NCBI GenBank assembly: GCA_029007825.1
Contig: JAQXIO010000029.1
Span: forward strand, 144,481 to 208,480
Origin: Bacteroidales bacterium
GTDB lineage: Bacteria; Bacteroidota; Bacteroidia; Bacteroidales; JAQXIO01
DNA: 64,000 bases
Reading direction: 5' to 3'
How positions within the stretch are numbered: the stretch's first letter is position 1; every line of letters starts with the position of its first letter. This document shows positions 39,574 through 49,589 of the stretch, one piece after another. Position numbers and translations under genes: made by a program. The notes under the pieces are model-generated. The model ran no database searches. It had not been told where the DNA came from and saw only the letters and a program-made list of their open reading frames with translations.

Positions 39574-40149
39574 GTGGCTATGACATTAAAGGAGTTGATG
39601 CGGAGATGCAGGAGTTACCGGCGTTTTAACGAGAAGCGGGCTATTACGAAAGAGGAGCTTTCGGAGTTGATTAAACTGGCGCGTCTGGCCCCTTCGGCGC
39701 GTAATGCGCAGCCTTTACGTTATATGTTGTCGTGTGACCGGGTTACGAATAAAGCTATTTTCCCCCTCATTGCGTGGGCGGGGTATCTGAAAGAGTGGGA
39801 CGGCCCGGAAGAGGGTGAGCGCCCGACCGGTTATATTATTGTGCTGAAAGAGCGCGATGCGTCCGAATGCAGCGTGCTTTTCGACGCGGGTCTTGCCGTG
39901 GAGAGTATTTTGCTGGGGGCTGTCGAGATAGGATTGGGCGGCTGTATTATCGGTGCTTATCCGAAAGCTGAACTGAAAAAGGTGCTTTCCATTCCCGATT
40001 CGTTCGACCCGCTTTACATTATAGCATTGGGCGAACCTTCGGAGACGGTGGTGATCGAGCCCGTTAAGGATGACGATATCAAATACTGGCGCGATGAGGA
40101 ATCTGTTCACCATGTCCCGAAGAGAGATGTGTCGGACCTTATTGTGTAG
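39574..40149 (+). CDS. Nitroreductase family protein
   Basis: 'RRCRSYRRF', 'ARLAPSARNAQP', 'GLGGCIIG', 'HHVPKR'. Confidence 0.9.
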   Translation: MAMTLKELMRRCRSYRRFNEKRAITKEELSELIKLARLAPSARNAQPLRYMLSCDRVTNKAIFPLIAWAGYLKEWDGPEEGERPTGYIIVLKERDASECSVLFDAGLAVESILLGAVEIGLGGCIIGAYPKAELKKVLSIPDSFDPLYIIALGEPSETVVIEPVKDDDIKYWRDEESVHHVPKRDVSDLIV

Positions 40150-40210
40150 CTTATTTTACTGGAGATTTCTGTTTTAAGAATAGAAAGTATCTATTTATAT
40201 GAGAGAAAAT

Positions 40211-40238
40211 GCGGCCTTGTTTTTAGAAACAAGGCCGT
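40211..40238. terminator. Hairpin between convergent genes, probable bidirectional terminator
   Basis: gcggccttgttt-ttag-aaacaaggccgt. Confidence 0.7.
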
Positions 40239-40277
40239 GCTATTTATTGCTTTTTAAACAGAGCTTCGATTCGGTTT

Positions 40278-43200
40278 TTATTGAGGCTCTTGTATCTTTC
40301 CCTGTATCGAATCGAGGAAACTCTGAGGGATGCTGTCGACTTCTAGTACGGAGTCGGGTTCTATGTCCATGACGGCTAAAGAATCGATTTTGTGGAGATG
40401 ATCTTCTGAGACGAAAAGTGTTCCGATGTGTATCTCTTTCTGAAGGGTTTTATAGATGCTTTCGCGTATGTTTACCCTTTCTTTATCCAATTGCTTTTTG
40501 GATGAGGCAGAGAATATGTTTTTGTATTTCGGCTTTTTCAGTCGGAATTTTATATTGTCGATGTTGCCGAATACATCTACTCCGATTTTGAATGGTAACG
40601 GGGATTTCAGCACGGAGATGTGGTAATTGAACGACATATCGAGGTTTTGCGTTCCTCCTACGGCTACGCGGTAACGGTCTATTTCGAGGAGGAAGGGGAA
40701 GATTTCTACCTGATTATCGCGGGCAATGATTTCTACCGAGATGGAGTCGATCATGTTCCGCTTTTTGTTTTTAAAGAAGAGTTTTTTGGATATTTCGGTA
40801 AAGGTTTCTCCGTCGAGCAGCACCATGTTTTTCCCTTTCAGATAGCAGGCGGCGTTGAGTGTCGGAAAGAGTAGGTTGGAAGCTGAGTCGAGCTTTGCAG
40901 CAGCAGCAACATCGCAGGTGACAACGCCTTCGAACGAACGCAGCATCGGGAGCATGGAATCGATAGAGGGAATAAGTTTTATCAACTCTTCTACCTGTAT
41001 CTCTTTCATCTTCAGGTCGAATCCGGCAAAGGCTTGTTTGTCTTTCAGGTTTTTATACAGGAGAGATAGCGTAGCGTCGCCGGCATTGGAGTTGATGTCG
41101 AGATTGGTCAGTTGCAGCGTTTTGTCTTTAATAATGATTTCTCCCATCGTGTTGTTCAGGAGGAGGTCTTTGTACTGGATTTTTTTTGCATCCATGTGTA
41201 GCGCGAGGTCGACGTTTTCCGGAACGGTAAAGAGTTCTATGTTACTGACAACGGAGTCTGCAACTGCTGTTATCGTATCTTCCTGCATAGCGAGGCTTTC
41301 ATCGCTTTCTGCCAATTCTTGTTGGAATTGTTTTCGTTTTTTCGCGGCGCTCATTTCTGCGTATTTCATACCTGCATCGAGGCCGTAGAGTAATTCGTTT
41401 ACGTTAATCTGGTTCGAACTAATATCGAGGTCGCCTTTGAATTTTCCTCCACGCAAAAGGGCTCGTCTCAATTGATTGAGGTATCCGCTGAGCATAAGAT
41501 CGGATGAGCCTACATGCACTCTTGCGTCTTTCAGCCTGATTTCGTTGTCGGTAAATTCGATGATGCTACTGTCCATGCGGATGATCATTGGGAAATAGGG
41601 TGAGCGGGCTTTCATGTTGTGGAACGCGATGTTTCCGGTGGCCGTCCATTTTCTCAAATCCCGTATCGTGCTTGGAGATAGCAACATATTGGAGGTGTCG
41701 CGGGCTACACGTTGCCGCGTGTGTGTGCTATCGCTCATTGCAACGGCATTTCTTTTTTTTCTTTGCCGGGTCGTATCGCGTTCGAAGGGCTTTAATTTCA
41801 TGTCGATGTTTCCGTTTTTTAGCTGTACCCAGCCTTCGGGTGAACGGAAGCCCATATCGTCGCCTTTGACAGATACGGTGATACGATGTTTTTTCGAGCT
41901 TTCGGTAACGGGCATAATGGCGCAATAGGCCAGTGATTTTCCGATCCGTATTCTTGTCGTTTTATCGGTGATGCTGTTGAAGCCGTCCATTTGTACGGCG
42001 ATAAAGAGGGGTTGGGCTACGGTGGTGTCTTTACTGAGTTGCATTCCGTAGATGATTCCGGGTTTTTTCAGATTTGCATTGAGTTCGTTCCCTAAATCGA
42101 TGTGCAGAGAGTCGAAATGGAAGTTTCCGCCGAAGAAGCGTTTGCCTTGTATAAAATTAGGATCTTTTTTGGACGAGGAGAAGTCCAGCTTTCCTTTTTC
42201 GGCATAGACGGAGAAGGTGTCTAACGGGCTTTCTATCTGTAAGCGGGGAAATTCCACATCTCCGTCGAGCTTGATTTTTGCATAATCCTGAGCCATGAGG
42301 TTGGCGGCGGAGAATTGTCCGGTGAGGTCGTAATTGACTTTTCCGTCTATGATAATTCCCCTTTTACTCGGGAAGTTTTTAGTGAAGGCCATGAGGTCGA
42401 TGAATCCTTTCAGTTTTGTGTAGATGTAGGGGTAACTGAACAGGTGGCTTATATTACCTTGTGCCGTCAGGTTGATGTAATTGCTTTTAACGAAAAAGCG
42501 ATCCAGCCTGAACGAGCAGCTGTCGTTGTGCTGCGGGTCAATGTGCAAACTGGCATCGAGTGCGATTTCGTCTATGCCGTCGATCTCTTTTTTGGGTTGG
42601 AGTTTCCCGTTTTCTATTTTTGCATAGGCATCGAACATAGGTGCTACAGAGTCGTTGAAGGTGCCGTGTGCACGTAATCCGAAACCCATAGCGCCGGAGG
42701 CGTCAAAGTTTTCGGCGAAGGGGTAAACGGAGTCGGGTATCAGTTTTGCAAATTCCCCGAAATCGGGTGTGCCGAGGGTAAAGGAGAGATCCATATTCCC
42801 TGCCATGCTGTCGAGATCGGCCTGTACGAATCCATTGGCTGTCAGTTCGAGGCGGTTTATGAGCAGGTGTGCGTTGCGGAGAGTTCCTTTCTTTTCTTTT
42901 TCGTCTATTTCAACGAAGGCTGTCAGTTCTGTCAGCAGATCGTTCTTAAATGTGAATCCGGGAACATCGAGGGTAAAGTTCGTGCTTTGCAGCAACAGGT
43001 CGAGTGCCTGGTCGGTATTTTTGCGGATGCCGGTAAATGCGCATTTGATGCCGTTTACAACAAAGGCTGTATTGTTTTTTGCGTCGGTGTAACGGAGGGT
43101 TGCATTTTGCACGGTCACATTGTTTACTTCGAATTTCGGCAGGGGCGAGCTTACCGTGTCGGTCGTGTCGCTTTCGACAATATCCCAGTTGTTGACTTGC

Positions 43201-43628
43201 TTTGCCGAAGTGTAAGCGTAGATTCGAGGTTCTATGATTTGCAGGTCGTTTATGACGAGACGGTTGTCGAAGAGGTATTGCAGGGGGGAAACAGAGCAGT
43301 AGATTTTCCGGAAACTGATTAACGAGTCTTTTTGTGTGAAGTTCCTGTCGGCAATTGTCGTGCTGTCCAGTCCGCTGTAAGAGATCAGAGCACCGTTTTC
43401 GGCCTGTAATGAGAAACGGGGAAATGTGGAAAAGAAGGTGAAATCGATTTTTTCAGTTGTAAATTCACCATTTATAAATTCTTTGCTGGTTTGATTCGCT
43501 ATGACCTGAAGTTTCTCGGGGGTGAGCAGGAAGGTGGCGACTATGAAATAGAGCAGTACCGGCAGGAGCAGGATTATTCCTAATGTTACGGAGAGGGTGA
43601 TGCCGATAATTTTTTTATATCTTTTCAT
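40278..43628 (-). CDS. AsmA family protein
   Basis: N-terminal TM anchor, 'FPRFSL', 'NNWDI', long beta-rich body, C-terminal 'IDRYRVAVGGTQNLDMSFNYHISVLKSPLPFKIGVDVFG'. Confidence 0.8.
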   Translation of the reverse strand: MKRYKKIIGITLSVTLGIILLLPVLLYFIVATFLLTPEKLQVIANQTSKEFINGEFTTEKIDFTFFSTFPRFSLQAENGALISYSGLDSTTIADRNFTQKDSLISFRKIYCSVSPLQYLFDNRLVINDLQIIEPRIYAYTSAKQVNNWDIVESDTTDTVSSPLPKFEVNNVTVQNATLRYTDAKNNTAFVVNGIKCAFTGIRKNTDQALDLLLQSTNFTLDVPGFTFKNDLLTELTAFVEIDEKEKKGTLRNAHLLINRLELTANGFVQADLDSMAGNMDLSFTLGTPDFGEFAKLIPDSVYPFAENFDASGAMGFGLRAHGTFNDSVAPMFDAYAKIENGKLQPKKEIDGIDEIALDASLHIDPQHNDSCSFRLDRFFVKSNYINLTAQGNISHLFSYPYIYTKLKGFIDLMAFTKNFPSKRGIIIDGKVNYDLTGQFSAANLMAQDYAKIKLDGDVEFPRLQIESPLDTFSVYAEKGKLDFSSSKKDPNFIQGKRFFGGNFHFDSLHIDLGNELNANLKKPGIIYGMQLSKDTTVAQPLFIAVQMDGFNSITDKTTRIRIGKSLAYCAIMPVTESSKKHRITVSVKGDDMGFRSPEGWVQLKNGNIDMKLKPFERDTTRQRKKRNAVAMSDSTHTRQRVARDTSNMLLSPSTIRDLRKWTATGNIAFHNMKARSPYFPMIIRMDSSIIEFTDNEIRLKDARVHVGSSDLMLSGYLNQLRRALLRGGKFKGDLDISSNQINVNELLYGLDAGMKYAEMSAAKKRKQFQQELAESDESLAMQEDTITAVADSVVSNIELFTVPENVDLALHMDAKKIQYKDLLLNNTMGEIIIKDKTLQLTNLDINSNAGDATLSLLYKNLKDKQAFAGFDLKMKEIQVEELIKLIPSIDSMLPMLRSFEGVVTCDVAAAAKLDSASNLLFPTLNAACYLKGKNMVLLDGETFTEISKKLFFKNKKRNMIDSISVEIIARDNQVEIFPFLLEIDRYRVAVGGTQNLDMSFNYHISVLKSPLPFKIGVDVFGNIDNIKFRLKKPKYKNIFSASSKKQLDKERVNIRESIYKTLQKEIHIGTLFVSEDHLHKIDSLAVMDIEPDSVLEVDSIPQSFLDSIQGKIQEPQ

Positions 43629-44374
43629 TTTCCTTGCATTCTCATTTCGTTAATAAAGGCGTTCGCTTCGTCAAAGGTAGTGATTTTTCCTACATCTATA
43701 ATTTTTTCGCCGTTCATGCAGCGCCCTTCTATTTTCATGTTGCCGCATTGTGCGAGATAAAAATCGATGATGGAAAATTTTCCTTTTTTTGTTTTCAGAA
43801 TTTGCAATAAAGCAGGGCTTATGATGTGTATGCCGGAGAAAGCCCATTTGTGCATTTCGTTCATATCAAACGTTTTTCCTTCCGGCTTTGTTTGCCCGGT
43901 GGTTTCGTTTACCCAGCCTTGCAGACGGTTCGTGTTGTCGAACAGCAGATAACGGCTTGTGGGGCGTTCGCTTACGGCCAGTGTCGCTGCTGCGTTTCCT
44001 TCCAGATGTTCCTGATAAAGAGCCCGGAGATCGATTGTCGAAAGGATATCGACGTTGTGGACGATTACCGGCCGGTTGTCGTTAAAGAAGCCTGCGGCTT
44101 TGGCCAGTCCTCCTCCTGTATCGAGGAGTTCGCGCCGTTCGTCGGATATTCCGATTTTGATTCCGAAGAAGTTTTTATCTATCAGGAAGTCTATGATTTG
44201 CTGTGCAAAGTGGTGTACGTTGATAACGACTTCGTCGCAACCGGAATCGATCAGTTTGCGTATGACTCTTTCGAGCAAGGGGATGCCTCCTACCGGAACC
44301 AATGCTTTGGGCATCGTATCGGTGAGGGGTTTCAAACGTGTGCCTTTTCCGGCGGCAAACAGCATAGCTTTCAT
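43625..44374 (-). CDS. Nucleotidyltransferase (MurU-like)
   Basis: True start MKAMLFAAGKGTRLKPLT at 44374 (overlaps the upstream stop); 'PKALVP', 'LDTGGGL', 'HNVDI'. Confidence 0.88.
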   Translation of the reverse strand: MKAMLFAAGKGTRLKPLTDTMPKALVPVGGIPLLERVIRKLIDSGCDEVVINVHHFAQQIIDFLIDKNFFGIKIGISDERRELLDTGGGLAKAAGFFNDNRPVIVHNVDILSTIDLRALYQEHLEGNAAATLAVSERPTSRYLLFDNTNRLQGWVNETTGQTKPEGKTFDMNEMHKWAFSGIHIISPALLQILKTKKGKFSIIDFYLAQCGNMKIEGRCMNGEKIIDVGKITTFDEANAFINEMRMQGK

Positions 44375-45810
44375 AGTCCGGTATCTTTTTTTGCGGGGTA
44401 GATTTTCTGTATATTTTGTTCGCGGTGAATGACGTGTACTTTTACTCTGTATTGTGCGGAGATGTGTTCTGCCAGCCGTTGGGCTGCGAAGACCGAACGG
44501 TGCTGGCCTCCGGTGCATCCGAACGATATCATCAGGTTACGGAATCCGCGTTTCCTGTACGTTTCTACCGAACGGCCGACCATATCGCCAGCTTCTTTTA
44601 TAAAGCCGTGTATCGCGGGATGCCGGTCGAAGAATTCGATTACGGGGCGGTCGAGTCCGGTATATGTCCGGTATTCTTCATAGCGTCCCGGATTGTCGAG
44701 TGCTCTGCAATCGAAAACGAAGCCTCCGCCGTTGCCGCTCGGGTCTTCCGGGATGCCTTTGTGGAAGGAGAAGCTGTAGATGGTAACGGTAAGCTCGTCT
44801 TCTTGAACGGGTAACCGGAATTTATCCGTGTTTACCAGTTTTTCAAGCAGGGAGTTCAGATAGGGCGTTTCTTTTAACGGTTTCTGCAATAGTGTCCGCA
44901 GATTATCTATCGCGTAGGGTATGCTTTGGATAAAGTGGCTTTTGTGTTCGATATAGCCTCTGAAACCGTATGCTCCCAGTACCTGCAGCGTGCGGAAGAG
45001 GGTGAAGATGTGCAGCTTTTCGCGGAAATGCCGTTCACTGACAGGGCAGTAGCTTTGCAATGCCTGCAGGTAGGCGGTTAGCAGCTCTTCTTTTATTTCG
45101 GGCGTGAGACGTGCTTTTGCCTGTCCGATGAAAGAGGCGACGTCGTAGTAAACGGGGCCTTTGCGTCCTCCCTGAAAATCGATGAAAAAGGGTTTGCCCT
45201 CTTTTATCATTACGTTGCGTGACTGAAAGTCGCGGTACATAAAGGTTTCGGATTCTTCTGCCAGCAGTTGTCCGGTGAAAGCGGAGAAGTCGTCTTCGAG
45301 AAGGTCTTCGCGAAATTCTATTCCGGCAAGTTTCAGGAAGCAGTATTTGAAATAGTTGAGGTCCCAAATTATAGTTCTACGGTCGAATGCCGGCTGGGGA
45401 TAACAAACGTTGAAGTCCAATTCTGCTGCACCTTCGAACTGGAAGCGCGGTAACTCTTTTATCGCTGCAACCAGAAGTTTCCGTTCTTCCGCCGAGAAAT
45501 TTCCGGAGTTTCTTCCGCCGGCGATTGCGTCGAAGAGGGAGAGGGTGCCGAGGTCTTCCTGAAGGTAGTATCCGAAACCGGGGTTGACCGCCAGTATTTG
45601 CGGAACGGACAGCTTTTTGGAGTAAAAATGTTTTGCCAGCGTTACGAATGCCCGGTTTTCTTCGACTGAGGTGCCGATGACTCCTATTATACTTCCGTTT
45701 TCCGAGAATAGCCTGTAATAGCTTCTGTCCGATCCGGCGATGGGGAGACGTTCGCTGCGGGTTATTTCCCTGCCGTCCCATTGTTTTGCCAGTGCATAAA
45801 GTTGTTCCAT
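44371..45810 (-). CDS. APH-fold phosphotransferase (AmgK-like) fused to a RapZ C-terminal-like domain
   Basis: 'AGSDRSYYRL', 'YRDFQSRN', 'IDFQGG', 'YDVAS'; C-terminal 'SFSFHKGIP...FVFDCR...NPG...GCTGGQHRSV'. Confidence 0.85.
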   Translation of the reverse strand: MEQLYALAKQWDGREITRSERLPIAGSDRSYYRLFSENGSIIGVIGTSVEENRAFVTLAKHFYSKKLSVPQILAVNPGFGYYLQEDLGTLSLFDAIAGGRNSGNFSAEERKLLVAAIKELPRFQFEGAAELDFNVCYPQPAFDRRTIIWDLNYFKYCFLKLAGIEFREDLLEDDFSAFTGQLLAEESETFMYRDFQSRNVMIKEGKPFFIDFQGGRKGPVYYDVASFIGQAKARLTPEIKEELLTAYLQALQSYCPVSERHFREKLHIFTLFRTLQVLGAYGFRGYIEHKSHFIQSIPYAIDNLRTLLQKPLKETPYLNSLLEKLVNTDKFRLPVQEDELTVTIYSFSFHKGIPEDPSGNGGGFVFDCRALDNPGRYEEYRTYTGLDRPVIEFFDRHPAIHGFIKEAGDMVGRSVETYRKRGFRNLMISFGCTGGQHRSVFAAQRLAEHISAQYRVKVHVIHREQNIQKIYPAKKDTGL

Positions 45811-45876
45811 CCGATGCGATTTACCGGTTTTCCCGGATGAACCTGCTTCTTCATAAAGAAGCAGGTTCTGATCTAT

Positions 45877-46686
45877 TTATTGTTCTATTTTTATGCTCAT
45901 CACTACATCTTCGAGCGGCCGGTTGTTGCGGTCTGCTTCCATATCGGCGATTTTGTCTATTACGTCGAAGCCTTCGATGACTTCGCCGAAAATGGTATAT
46001 TGTCCTCTTATATGCGGAGCTCCACCGACGGTTTTGTAGGCTTCTCTCTCTTCCTTATCGAAAAGAAGGTGGTCTTTCTGCAGGCGTATGACGGAATCGA
46101 CCTTTGCGTTGATTTCTATTACGCGGCGGTTGTATTCGGGTATGTCGTGCACTTTAAGCGAGTCCATCTCTTTTTTATAGGGGTGGTAATATTTAGCCAT
46201 GGCTTTTTTCTTTGTCGGCAGGTTTTTCTGCAGTTCGAGCGAATTGAGTTCATCGTCGGTGAAACGGCGTCCCTGTACGATAAAGAATTGTGAGCCGTCC
46301 GATTTTTTAGACGGGTTTATGTCGTCCGGCTGCCGGGGCATGGCGATTACTCCTCTTGTGGGGTAGTGGTTTGACCTGATTTCGGGGGCGACGAGCATTT
46401 TTCCGCCGCGTCCGTGTCCGACCAGTTGTCCCGGAGGAGCTCCTTTGGAGTCTTCCGAGCCTCCCTGTATTACGAAATTGGGAAGTACCCTTCCGAAGAG
46501 AGAGCCGTCATAGTATCCTTTTTTTATCTGAGAAAGGAAGAAGTCGCGGTGAATAGGCGTATCGTTGTAGAGCTTTACTCTCATCACTCCTTTGTTGGTC
46601 GTGATGCGTACAATGGTCTCTTTTTCCTGTGCCGAAACGAAAGACACACAGTTCAGAAAAAGCAAGATGTATAAAAGGGTTTTCAT
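45877..46686 (-). CDS. Cyclophilin-type peptidyl-prolyl isomerase
   Basis: Start at ATG 46686 (signal peptide; TAACTTTG promoter at 46707-46714); 'KLYNDTPIHR', 'FVIQGG', 'GSQFFIVQG', 'YTIFGEVIEG'. Confidence 0.9.
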   Translation of the reverse strand: MKTLLYILLFLNCVSFVSAQEKETIVRITTNKGVMRVKLYNDTPIHRDFFLSQIKKGYYDGSLFGRVLPNFVIQGGSEDSKGAPPGQLVGHGRGGKMLVAPEIRSNHYPTRGVIAMPRQPDDINPSKKSDGSQFFIVQGRRFTDDELNSLELQKNLPTKKKAMAKYYHPYKKEMDSLKVHDIPEYNRRVIEINAKVDSVIRLQKDHLLFDKEEREAYKTVGGAPHIRGQYTIFGEVIEGFDVIDKIADMEADRNNRPLEDVVMSIKIEQ

Positions 46687-47034
46687 ATCCGTAGTCTTTT
46701 GTCTAACAAAGTTACAGAAGTTCTTTGAATGTCGCAATTGCAGAAATATGAAAAACGGATATGCCGGATGTACGGTATTAAGAGCCTGTTTACTTTTATA
46801 GAAAAATGTTTTAACCATTTGTTCCGGCTGTAATCAGATGGTTTTAGCCTCTTTTCGTTCGTTTAAGTGTTGAAATAGCTTGTATAGAACTTGATTCGAA
46901 AATGCTTCGTTCGGCAGAAAACGAGCTTGCTCATTTTTATCCCTCTCTTAAACGCTCTTTTTTTGCCTCATAAACGATCAAAAATTTCCTGAAAATTTAT
47001 TCTTATTCCATCACGGATAAAATTTAAACATATT

Positions 47035-47946
47035 CTAATATTCGCAGCTTAGTTTCAGTAATGCCCCATGCGATCTGTTTCTGGAGGAGAGGGTCTGGTA
47101 TGCGTAGCCGACGGAAGGGCTGAGGCGGAGACGTTTGTGGACGTAGATGCGAAGTCCTGTGTAAGCTCTGAAATAGAAACCGTCGGATGCATACTTAGAC
47201 CGGGATGCGGCATAACCGATATTCGTTGAAAAAAACGGGGCTATACGGCGATTGGGGACCATCATCCTGAAATTGACAAAGACGGGACAGGCACAGGAGG
47301 GTATATTAAAGTAATAGAGCACTCCGAATCCTGCCCCCATAAAGAATATGGGGTTGAACTGGCATCCGTTTATGCAGGTCATTTCTTCAATCAATCCTAC
47401 GGAGTAGCGGGTGGCATTAACGCCGTAAGCAAGTTCCAGAAAGCCGTGGTATTTTTTCGATTCGTAGAGGCGTCTTTTGCTTTCTATGATTCCGTTTTGC
47501 CTTACTTTGAGCACGGAACGGCGAGGGCCGTCTATTGCGGGAAGAAGAAACGGGTCTTTATTTTTTTCTATTTTTTCGTTCGGAAGGGAGTCCGGAACGG
47601 CGGCTTGTGCCCGGTTGGCGGTATCCGGCTTTCCGGTTTTATATTCCGACCATTTCATTCCGCTTGTTTTCCGAGATCCGAAAATATCTTTTTTCTTCCG
47701 AACCGATATAATTCCGGGGGGGAGCACGTCTTCCTTTGCCGTTTTTATTATATCTCGGGTGGAGAAGGTGAGTAGGGTCTTTTTCTCTGTACGTATTTTT
47801 ACGATGGAGTCGGGTATCAGTTCGATAATCGTTCCTTTTACCATATCTCCGTTTTTGAAATAGATAACATCGTGCTGTTCTTGCCGGGCACAGAGAAGTA
47901 CAGGGAAAAGCAGCAGGGCGGTTAACAATAAGGTTCTTCCGGTCAT
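47035..47946 (-). CDS. Putative outer-membrane beta-barrel protein with N-terminal 'DVIYFKNG' module
   Basis: Signal peptide; alternating amphipathic strands 'NGCQFNPIFFMGAGFG', 'PFFSTNIGY'; paralogue of 51962-52681. Confidence 0.6.
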   Translation of the reverse strand: MTGRTLLLTALLLFPVLLCARQEQHDVIYFKNGDMVKGTIIELIPDSIVKIRTEKKTLLTFSTRDIIKTAKEDVLPPGIISVRKKKDIFGSRKTSGMKWSEYKTGKPDTANRAQAAVPDSLPNEKIEKNKDPFLLPAIDGPRRSVLKVRQNGIIESKRRLYESKKYHGFLELAYGVNATRYSVGLIEEMTCINGCQFNPIFFMGAGFGVLYYFNIPSCACPVFVNFRMMVPNRRIAPFFSTNIGYAASRSKYASDGFYFRAYTGLRIYVHKRLRLSPSVGYAYQTLSSRNRSHGALLKLSCEY

Positions 47947-48113
47947 TATATGTGTGGTTTTGGTGTCAGAATAAGTTGCAAATTTAATTTTATTTATAAA
48001 AAGAGGGGCTTTTTAATAAAAAAATATTCTGTTGCCCGAATGAGAACGATTCAGAACATACAGGGGGTGGAAAGTGTTACTAATAACAAAGTAAAATTTT
48101 ATTGTTTCGAATT

Positions 48114-49577
48114 ATGAAAGAATCTGATATCGGCCTAATCGGCCTTGCGGTGATGGGTGAGAATTTAGCCCTGAACATGGAGAGTAAAGGTTTCTGCGTT
48201 TCGCTTTATAATCGTCCGCATCCTAAAGAGGAAGCTGTTGTAGATAAATTTCTCGAAGGCCGGGGAAAGGGTAAAAATTTTAAAGGTACACATACGATCG
48301 AGGAGTTGGTGAAGTCGGTAAAGCGTCCGCGCCGTATTATGATGATGGTGAAGGCTGGGGCGCCTGTTGACGAACTGATCGAGCAGTTGCTTCCGTATCT
48401 GGAGCCGGGCGATGTGCTGATCGACGGAGGTAACTCCGATTTTCACGATACCGAACGCCGCGTGGAGGAGCTGGCGAAACATAATATCTATTTTGTCGGA
48501 ACCGGAATATCGGGAGGCGAAGAAGGGGCTTTGCACGGTCCTTCTATAATGCCGGGCGGTGCACCGGAAGCGTGGCCTTTGGTAAAAGATGTTTTGCAGT
48601 CGATCGCGGCTAAGCTGGATGACGGAACTCCGTGTTGTGCATGGATCGGGAGCGGTGGTGCCGGACATTTCGTGAAAATGGTGCATAATGGTATCGAGTA
48701 CGGCGATATGCAGTTGATCGCCGAGGCGTATTCTTTGCTGAAACAGACGGAAAATTCCGGAAACGAAGAGCTGGCTGCGGTTTTCAGAGAGTGGGGCAAA
48801 GGCGATTTGAACAGTTACCTGATCGATATCACTGCCGATATTCTGGATTTCAAGGATGAAAACGGGCATTATTTGTTAGATTCCATTTTAGATGTAGCCG
48901 GACAGAAAGGTACCGGTAAGTGGAGCGTAGAGGCGGCACTGGATCAGGGTGCTCCCCTAACGCTGATAACGGAGGCCGTATTTGCTCGTTTTCTCTCTTC
49001 GCTGCTTTCCGAGAGGAAAAAGGCTTCGCGTATTTACCGGGATTCTCCGGTTCTTGCCCAGTTGTATATGAGCGGCGGGAGGGATGCGATTAAGGATGCT
49101 CTTTATGCTTCGAAGCTGATTTCATACACGCAGGGTTTTTCTCTTATGAAAGAGGCTTCGGACTTCTATAAATGGGATCTCGATTACGGTGTTATCGCTA
49201 AAATATGGAGAAAGGGATGTATTATACGTTCTGTTTTCCTGACGAAGATAACGGAGGCGTATGCGAAGGAGCCTCTTCTCGAGAACCTGCTTTTCGATTC
49301 GTTTTTCAGCAATAAGATACAGGAGGCGTTGCCTTCGTGGAGAAGTGTAGTGGCCGACGGGGCGTTGAACGGTATTCCATTGCCGTGTATGTCGTCGGCC
49401 CTGAGTTATTTCGACGGATTATCGACGTTGCATTCGTCCGCTAATTTGATTCAGGCGCAGCGGGATTATTTCGGTGCGCACACGTATGAGCGGAAGGATG
49501 CGGAGCGCGGTGAATTCTTTCATACGGACTGGACGGGCAAGGGTGGTAATACGGTGTCCGGAAGTTATAACGCTTAA
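48114..49577 (+). CDS. gnd: 6-phosphogluconate dehydrogenase (decarboxylating)
   Basis: 'IGLIGLAVMGENLALN', 'MVKAG', 'ISGGEEGA', 'KMVHNGIEYGDMQ', 'QRDYFGAHTY'. Confidence 0.98.
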   Translation: MKESDIGLIGLAVMGENLALNMESKGFCVSLYNRPHPKEEAVVDKFLEGRGKGKNFKGTHTIEELVKSVKRPRRIMMMVKAGAPVDELIEQLLPYLEPGDVLIDGGNSDFHDTERRVEELAKHNIYFVGTGISGGEEGALHGPSIMPGGAPEAWPLVKDVLQSIAAKLDDGTPCCAWIGSGGAGHFVKMVHNGIEYGDMQLIAEAYSLLKQTENSGNEELAAVFREWGKGDLNSYLIDITADILDFKDENGHYLLDSILDVAGQKGTGKWSVEAALDQGAPLTLITEAVFARFLSSLLSERKKASRIYRDSPVLAQLYMSGGRDAIKDALYASKLISYTQGFSLMKEASDFYKWDLDYGVIAKIWRKGCIIRSVFLTKITEAYAKEPLLENLLFDSFFSNKIQEALPSWRSVVADGALNGIPLPCMSSALSYFDGLSTLHSSANLIQAQRDYFGAHTYERKDAERGEFFHTDWTGKGGNTVSGSYNA

Positions 49578-49589
49578 TAAGAACAAAGT

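Noticed and set aside
44375-44518. 48-aa extension of the nucleotidyltransferase
   Set aside because: Lies within the upstream kinase gene; the family start MKAMLFAAG is at 44374.
46856-46954. cgttcgtttaag ... cttaaacg, resembling Mpi-type inverted repeats
   Set aside because: Only 8 bp of true inverted repeat, no clear promoter between them, no invertase nearby.
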